Below the pieces are notes generated by a model. It was not told the DNA's origin, ran no database searches, and saw nothing but the letters and a program-made list of their open reading frames with translations. From positions 24,912 through 88,911 of the forward strand of contig CAIMXI010000475.1 of NCBI GenBank assembly GCA_903845365.1: a stretch of DNA of 64,000 nucleotides. The letters run 5' to 3'. The position numbers were made by a program, and so were the translations under genes. This DNA is from an uncultured Geobacteraceae bacterium (GTDB lineage: Bacteria > Desulfobacterota > Desulfuromonadia > Geobacterales > Pseudopelobacteraceae). This document shows positions 57,869 to 64,000 of this stretch, piece by piece. The number at the start of each line of letters is the position of its first letter. Within the stretch, counting starts at the first letter, position 1.

Positions 57869-58504
57869 ATGAGAATCGAGGGTAACGATCAGAGACTGGC
57901 GGCGGTAACAGCCACCCAGATGCAGAACACCGGAACCCAGCAGATGCTGGCATCGAAATACGTCCAGGAGCAGGAGGCCCAAAAGGTGAGCAAAGATTAC
58001 TCGCCGCAGCCGATAGCAGGTGATAGAGTTTCTATTAATGTCGAACTTCCTAAGAGCACTGTTGATACGTTGCAGAAAATGGGCAATATCTCGGATTTCC
58101 TCAATACGACCGCCGTCAATCTTCGTCAGACAAATGAAGGTCTGCAGGCAGCCGCCAGTATTATTACTGATATGAAGAGTTCTATGGATCAGATTATCAA
58201 GAACTATCCACCGTATTCAGTTGAAAGTCAGGCGCGCATAGATTTGTTAATGAATTTTTCGTCGCTAAAAAAGCAGATACAGAGTCTCGAGATTCCCGCG
58301 CCCCCCCCCCCGTTTTATGAAGTTGTCAAGCATCTCTGGGCGGATCTCTTCGCCGAAGTGGATAAAAAGCTCCAGACGCCTACTCTGCCGAGTGATGCCT
58401 CGGATGCTCAAGTTGCTGCGGCCGCTAAACAGTTAGACGAGATTGCAAGTAACATCAGTAATGTTCAGGATACTATGAGTAATTATTTAGCGAACGGCGG
58501 CTGA
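57869..58504 (+). CDS. Hypothetical flagellin-locus protein (211 aa) carrying a C11 tract
   Basis: GTGAGG lies 8 nt upstream of the ATG at 57869. The protein is Gln/Ser-rich and no family was recognised. It sits between flagellin and flbT. Confidence 0.55.
   Translation: MRIEGNDQRLAAVTATQMQNTGTQQMLASKYVQEQEAQKVSKDYSPQPIAGDRVSINVELPKSTVDTLQKMGNISDFLNTTAVNLRQTNEGLQAAASIITDMKSSMDQIIKNYPPYSVESQARIDLLMNFSSLKKQIQSLEIPAPPPPFYEVVKHLWADLFAEVDKKLQTPTLPSDASDAQVAAAAKQLDEIASNISNVQDTMSNYLANGG
58301..58311. repeat. C11 homopolymer inside the coding sequence (encodes PPPP)
   Basis: gcg ccc ccc ccc ccg, counted by hand. Confidence 0.9.
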
Positions 58505-58506
58505 GT

Positions 58507-58905
58507 ATGCCACTCTCCCTGACCTTAAAGCCGGGAGAGCGGGTGATTCTGGCCGGGGCGGTGATAAAAAACGGCTCTTCAGTCGCTCATCTGCAGATAG
58601 AAAACCGTGTGACGCTCCTCCGGCAAAAGGATGTTCTGACTGAACAGGAGGCTACATCTCCCTGTAAGAAAATATATTTTGTAGTTCAGTTGATGTATGT
58701 TGGCGATGGCTTGACTTCAGAGCTTGCTCAGGTGTACTGGGATCTGGTTCGGGATGTGCTTGCAGCCGCTCCGAGCACAAAAGAGTTGATTTCTCAGATA
58801 AGCGCGTATATTGTCGGGGCCGATTTTTATCCGGCTCTTAAAGTGGCCAAGAAACTGATTTCCTACGAAGAGGAGCTTATTAGTTATGTCTCAAAACCAG
58901 CTTAA
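58507..58905 (+). CDS. flbT: Flagellin synthesis repressor FlbT
   Basis: MPLSLTLKPGERVILAGAVIKNG…LLRQKDVL…IYF.VQLMY…KLISYEEE closely follows the FlbT pattern known from Caulobacter. Confidence 0.8.
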   Translation: MPLSLTLKPGERVILAGAVIKNGSSVAHLQIENRVTLLRQKDVLTEQEATSPCKKIYFVVQLMYVGDGLTSELAQVYWDLVRDVLAAAPSTKELISQISAYIVGADFYPALKVAKKLISYEEELISYVSKPA

Positions 58906-59266
58906 CGCCTATACAGCCGTACAGAAGGAACATTTGAGTGGGAGGGAGTTGGAGGCTTCCGTCCTCTCTAGAGCTGGCCTGATGTTGAAGAGTGTCAAAG
59001 AAAATTGGGGCGCGCCTGATCGGGATCGTAAGTTGCTGGAAGCTGTTAAGTTTAATCAAAAGGTCTGGAGCTTTTTCCAGGCGGAGCTTTCTGACCCCGA
59101 AAATCCGCTTCCCAAAAACCTGCGCGAAGACATTCTGAACCTGAGTATCTTTGTTGACAAGCGACTGTTTGAAGTTATGGCGTACCCGAACCCCGAAAAA
59201 CTTGCTATCATCATTGATATCGATTTCAATATTGCCGCAGGTTTGAGGGCAGCTCCAGTGCAGTAA
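58886..59266 (+). CDS. flaF: Flagellin synthesis regulator FlaF
   Basis: …AYTAVQKE..SGRELEASVLSRAGL.L… and N.KVW..F……P.NPLP..LR..I.NLS.FV are FlaF-like. It overlaps the flbT end by 20 nt. Confidence 0.75.
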   Translation: MSQNQLNAYTAVQKEHLSGRELEASVLSRAGLMLKSVKENWGAPDRDRKLLEAVKFNQKVWSFFQAELSDPENPLPKNLREDILNLSIFVDKRLFEVMAYPNPEKLAIIIDIDFNIAAGLRAAPVQ

Positions 59267-59288
59267 ACGAAACTGACATCTTGTTGCG

Positions 59289-59322
59289 AAAAAATCCTTT
59301 GTGGCGACTCAAAGGATTTTTT
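59289..59322. terminator. Bidirectional terminator hairpin between flaF and the convergent TPR-GT9 gene
   Basis: AAAAAATCCTTTG-tggcgact-CAAAGGATTTTTT. Confidence 0.7.
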
Positions 59323-60676
59323 TATTGCTGCGCGAAAATGTTTCAAGAGCAGATTTCACTCTGGTTATGACATCACTCCAATCACCAGGCTGTTTTTGTC
59401 TAAAAATTAGCGTGCTCGGGTACCATGGCGAGTAGTTCCGCTCCAGCAACCAGCGCCAATCGGGGGCAAACGGAATCATAAGATACAGCTCTTTGCCAAT
59501 TGCACCGGCCAGGTGGGCAACCGCAGTATCAATAGTTATTACAAGATCAAGCTGCTCTATCAGCGCAGCGGTGTCAGCAAAGTCATCAATCTGACCGGTA
59601 AGATCCACCATATCCATACCGAATGGCGAACAGGCTTTCTCTCCGAGTTGCAGTGAAAAAAAAGTGACGTTCTTCACGGATAGTAGCGGGGCAAGCTCCG
59701 CGAAACAACAGGAGCGGAGCGGATCTGGATATTTTTTACCGACCCAGACCAGGCCGACTCGTCTGTTTTCCGGATAAGCGGACATGAGTGCAGACCATTT
59801 CAGGCGCAGTTCCTCACTTGCAGAGAGGTATTGATACGCTGACGGAATGGTCTGCAGCGTGGTGCCAAAAATACCTGCTAATGAGAGCAGCGGCGCTTGA
59901 GTGCTGAATGGCGGAAGAGCTGCCCCGAAAGGGGCGACGGAGTGAACGGCAGGCAGGCCTTGAAAGAGTAGCACAAGCTGCGGATGACACTCTATGATAA
60001 CCACGCCGCCACGCGCCGCAACCAGCGGAGCATAGCGGATGAACTGTATGGCGTCACCGAAGCCCTGCTCAGCATGCAGCAGGATAGTTTTACCTTCCAA
60101 AGGTGAGCCGTCCCAGAGCGGGATGTCAGTATGACGGCATGGAGAAGTGAAATCAGGCTTTTGCCAACGCCATTCGTACTCCCGCCACCCCTCCTCGTAC
60201 CGTCCCTGAAGCAGCAGGTTCAAGGCGAGATTCCAATGGGCTGCGGCAAAAGCGGGATCGAGCAGGATTGCTCTGCGGCACTCTGCTTCTGCTTCAATAA
60301 TTTTCCCCAGCGCCTGCAGCGCGGTGGCGCGTGCAGCGAGAGGAACCGGAGATGTCGTTAAAATCGACGCTGCCTGTAAAAAAGAGTCGGCTGCTTCGGA
60401 AAAAAGGCCGAGCGCCAGCAAAGTATTTCCCAGATTATTATGTGCCTCCCCCATACCAGGCGCAAGGCCTAAAGCCTCCCGATAACAGGCAGCCGCCTCC
60501 TGATAGCGTCCCAATTCGTGCAAAGCAGTACCGGCATATAGATGGAGAGTCGCATTTGAACGATCCAGAACTAAGGCGCTCTGGAAACGCACCAGCGCCT
60601 CATTGGAATTCCCTCCCCGCAATAACGTGGAGCCTTCCATGAACATCTGCTCTATCTGATTGCTGCTATCATTCAT
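59309..60676 (-). CDS. TPR + GT9-like fusion protein (third paralogue)
   Basis: TPRs occupy aa ~1-160. They are followed by W.EYEWRW…IPLWDGSPL…LHAEQGFGDAIQFIRY…IDTAVAHLAGAIGKELYLMIPFAPDWRW…SPWYPSTLIFRQ. The start lies 12 nt after the ilvA stop. Confidence 0.75.
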   Translation of the reverse strand: MNDSSNQIEQMFMEGSTLLRGGNSNEALVRFQSALVLDRSNATLHLYAGTALHELGRYQEAAACYREALGLAPGMGEAHNNLGNTLLALGLFSEAADSFLQAASILTTSPVPLAARATALQALGKIIEAEAECRRAILLDPAFAAAHWNLALNLLLQGRYEEGWREYEWRWQKPDFTSPCRHTDIPLWDGSPLEGKTILLHAEQGFGDAIQFIRYAPLVAARGGVVIIECHPQLVLLFQGLPAVHSVAPFGAALPPFSTQAPLLSLAGIFGTTLQTIPSAYQYLSASEELRLKWSALMSAYPENRRVGLVWVGKKYPDPLRSCCFAELAPLLSVKNVTFFSLQLGEKACSPFGMDMVDLTGQIDDFADTAALIEQLDLVITIDTAVAHLAGAIGKELYLMIPFAPDWRWLLERNYSPWYPSTLIFRQKQPGDWSDVITRVKSALETFSRSNKKIL

Positions 60677-60688
60677 AGTCCACTACCG

Positions 60689-61894
60689 CTACAAAACCGT
60701 CAGGCTGTAGCCCCTTCCTTTCAGATAGCCGACAATATCCTTGATATGCTCATACCCGCGTGTCTCAAGCTCCAGAGATACGTCTGTCCTGCCAATCGCC
60801 AGCGATTTCGAGCGGCGGTCATGGGTTATGTGAAAAATATTGGCACGAGTTGCTGCGATGTCATTGGCAAGTGTTGCCAGAGCACCGGTATGATCGTCCA
60901 GCTCTACTATCAGTTTGAGATAGCGACCGCCGGCGATCAGGCCACGCTCCACTACCTGGGCGATCGTCTTTACATCGATGTTACCCCCGGACAACAGGCA
61001 GACCGTTTTGCCCCCAAGGCCCGGTATCCGGCGATTGAGTACTGCCGCCAGTGTTACGGCCCCTGCACCCTCAACCAGCATTTTGGTTTTTTCCAGCAAC
61101 GAAACAATCGCCAGAGCGATGTCCTCCTCCTCTACCTGGATAATTTCATCGACTAACTGACAGAGGATCGGTACCGTGCGCTTTCCGGGCAGCTTGACAG
61201 CTATGCCGTCGGCTAGCGTCAGATTCACCGGTCGTTCGGTCGGTTTTCCAGTTGCAAATGAGGCAGACATGGAGGGGGCGGCGGTTGATTCAACGCCGAT
61301 AATCCGTACCTGCGGGGCTCGCTCCCGCAGTGCTGCCGCCATACCGGCGATCAAGCCCCCACCTCCGACCGGTATGATGATGTTGCGCAGATCAGGGAGC
61401 TCTTCAAGTATCTCAAGAGCGATAGTTCCCTGTCCAGCCATGACCAGTTCATCATCAAATGGATGGACGAACAGCGCTCCGCTTAATTTTTGCGCAGCTA
61501 TCGCCGCTGCGTATGCCTCATCGAAATTACGCCCGGTCAACACAACCTCGGCGCCGTAGTCGCGGGTAGCCTGAACTTTTTGCGGCGGTGTTATTTCCGG
61601 CATATAGACGGTGGCGGCAACGCTGAGGAGATCGGCAGAAAAAGCGACCCCCTGAGCATGATTTCCTGCTGATGCGGTTATGACACCACGCGCCAGTTTT
61701 TCTCGCGGCTGGGAGGTCATAAAATTCAGCGCCCCCCTGATTTTGAATGAGCCGGTACGCTGCAGGTTTTCACACTTGAAATAGAGCGGAATTCCCAACT
61801 GCTCACTGTAATAATGCGAATATATCAGTTCACTGCGCCGGACACGCTTGCGGAGACGATCATAAGCATCAGAAATAAGGGTAGTAAGCTGCAT
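60689..61894 (-). CDS. ilvA: Threonine ammonia-lyase (short form with C-terminal ACT-like domain)
   Basis: FKCENLQRTGSFKIRGA (PLP-Lys) and GGGGLIAG are present. The internal ATG at 61894 is preferred. Confidence 0.9.
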   Translation of the reverse strand: MQLTTLISDAYDRLRKRVRRSELIYSHYYSEQLGIPLYFKCENLQRTGSFKIRGALNFMTSQPREKLARGVITASAGNHAQGVAFSADLLSVAATVYMPEITPPQKVQATRDYGAEVVLTGRNFDEAYAAAIAAQKLSGALFVHPFDDELVMAGQGTIALEILEELPDLRNIIIPVGGGGLIAGMAAALRERAPQVRIIGVESTAAPSMSASFATGKPTERPVNLTLADGIAVKLPGKRTVPILCQLVDEIIQVEEEDIALAIVSLLEKTKMLVEGAGAVTLAAVLNRRIPGLGGKTVCLLSGGNIDVKTIAQVVERGLIAGGRYLKLIVELDDHTGALATLANDIAATRANIFHITHDRRSKSLAIGRTDVSLELETRGYEHIKDIVGYLKGRGYSLTVL

Positions 61895-61919
61895 GTCGAT
61901 GAACTCCCTGTGAAAATGA

Positions 61920-62969
<1,050 letters not shown>

Positions 62970-62971
62970 TT

Positions 62972-63154
62972 ATGGCGATCATTGATCAAGCACCGGATGA
63001 ACTGGAAAAATTACTAGTCGACGTGCAGCGCACCATCCGCGAGAACGATCTGTTCATACGCTCTCTGAAGAAAGAGGCCGCCGATTCAGCTGCGACGGAC
63101 ATTGATGAAGAAAATGATGATGCTGACGTTACCCGAGAGTATGAGGAGTTGTAA
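62972..63154 (+). CDS. Small acidic hypothetical protein (60 aa)
   Basis: An ORF only, starting 3 nt after the trxB stop. The C-terminal half is highly acidic. Confidence 0.35.
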   Translation: MAIIDQAPDELEKLLVDVQRTIRENDLFIRSLKKEAADSAATDIDEENDDADVTREYEEL

Positions 63155-63197
63155 TGCGCGAAGCGGTATTTATTGAATTGTAAGAGGATATATTGTG

Positions 63198-64000
63198 ATG
63201 TCGAATAAAATAAATGTGGTTCTGCCTTCCTCCGACAGGGTACATATCTTATCTGGTTACCAGGAGGTGACCGAAACACTATTATGGGGACTGGCTGAAA
63301 TCGGATATGATGCCAGTTTTACAATTAATAAGTTAAAACCTCACACTCGTAATATAGTATTCAGAGGTGATGATTCACCCATATCTGACTTAAAAACCTT
63401 CCCTGCAGATACTATTATTTACAATCTTGAACAATCTTATGAAATGTACAGCTACACTGAGAGGCCAAAAAAACAACGCACGGCTGATAGGTGGGATCGA
63501 TATATTCATATTCGAAAAAATTTTGAGGTGTGGGATTACAGCCATAAAAATATTAGTGCTATGCTGACAGTAGATTCAAAAATGCCTGTCAAATATGTCC
63601 CGATCGGATTCGCCCCAATACTGCAAAACATCGCACGACCGCAGGTTCAGGACATTGACGTATTAATTTATGGTATGCCTCACACCTACCGCCTTGAAGT
63701 TTTTCAAAAATTAGGAATGAATTGGTTTCGCTGTTTGTTTGTCTGTGGGCTTTATGGGCAAGCCCGCGACGAATTAATTGGTCGTTCGAAAATTATTTTA
63801 AATCTTACCAGTCATGGTCCTGAATCAATATATCCCATAGTTCGCGCATCTTATCTTCTGGCAAATCGGAAACTGGTCATCTCCGAGTTATGTCCCAAGC
63901 TTCAAATAGAAATGGATATCTTAAATGCAGTGAAATTTTGCTCAACAGAAGTTATTCACTTATTTTGTCAATACTGGCTGACAAATGATAGTGAACGATT
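63198..64000 (+). CDS. AT-rich ORF running off the window (>267 aa), CgeB/GT1_2-like C-terminal region (tentative)
   Basis: Hand translation from the ATG at 63198 is open to nt 64000 (MSNKINVVLPSSDRVHILSGYQE…GQARDELIGRSKIILNL…IVRASYLLANRKLVISE…). It is not in the ORF track because no stop lies inside the window. Confidence 0.55.
   Translation, partial: MSNKINVVLPSSDRVHILSGYQEVTETLLWGLAEIGYDASFTINKLKPHTRNIVFRGDDSPISDLKTFPADTIIYNLEQSYEMYSYTERPKKQRTADRWDRYIHIRKNFEVWDYSHKNISAMLTVDSKMPVKYVPIGFAPILQNIARPQVQDIDVLIYGMPHTYRLEVFQKLGMNWFRCLFVCGLYGQARDELIGRSKIILNLTSHGPESIYPIVRASYLLANRKLVISELCPKLQIEMDILNAVKFCSTEVIHLFCQYWLTNDSER

Overview
The gene content of this chromosomal segment looks Desulfuromonadales/Geobacter-like, which is an inference only. 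No rRNA, tRNA, CRISPR array, transposase or integrase was recognised.

Layout:
(i) 1-2.3 kb is a small accessory patch. It holds a 5'-truncated DUF4468-like ORF, a BrnT/BrnA pair, and a zeta-toxin-like P-loop gene with an overlapping 58-aa ORF.
(ii) 2.3-25.4 kb is mostly housekeeping: mog, an RlmI-like methyltransferase, ispF, an AmmeMemoRadiSam-type radical SAM enzyme, prfA, hisA and an orphan MacA-like adaptor behind a structured leader. It also carries two tandem tetrahaem cytochrome c / Tat-FeS / NrfD modules, a class V aminotransferase, a 52-aa rubredoxin missed by the ORF track, an MBL hydrolase, coaBC, tolQRAB-pal and miaA-hfq-DUF512.
(iii) 25.6-29.6 kb holds a matrixin-like protease, a coiled-coil protein, and a molybdopterin oxidoreductase split by a frameshift in a G8 tract.
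(iv) 29.7-60.7 kb is the main point of interest, a ~31 kb flagellin-linked modification island. It contains two TPR-only proteins, four TPR-glycosyltransferase fusions (one GT41-like, three GT9-like), several GT-A/GT4/CgeB-type transferases and many SAM methyltransferases. It also has three radical-SAM modules and a single 2,077-aa ORF fusing seven enzyme modules. A near-consensus sigma-28 promoter then drives a short flagellin, followed by an unknown gene with a C11 tract, then flbT and flaF.
(v) ilvA, trxB and another AT-rich glycosyltransferase-like gene run off the 3' edge.
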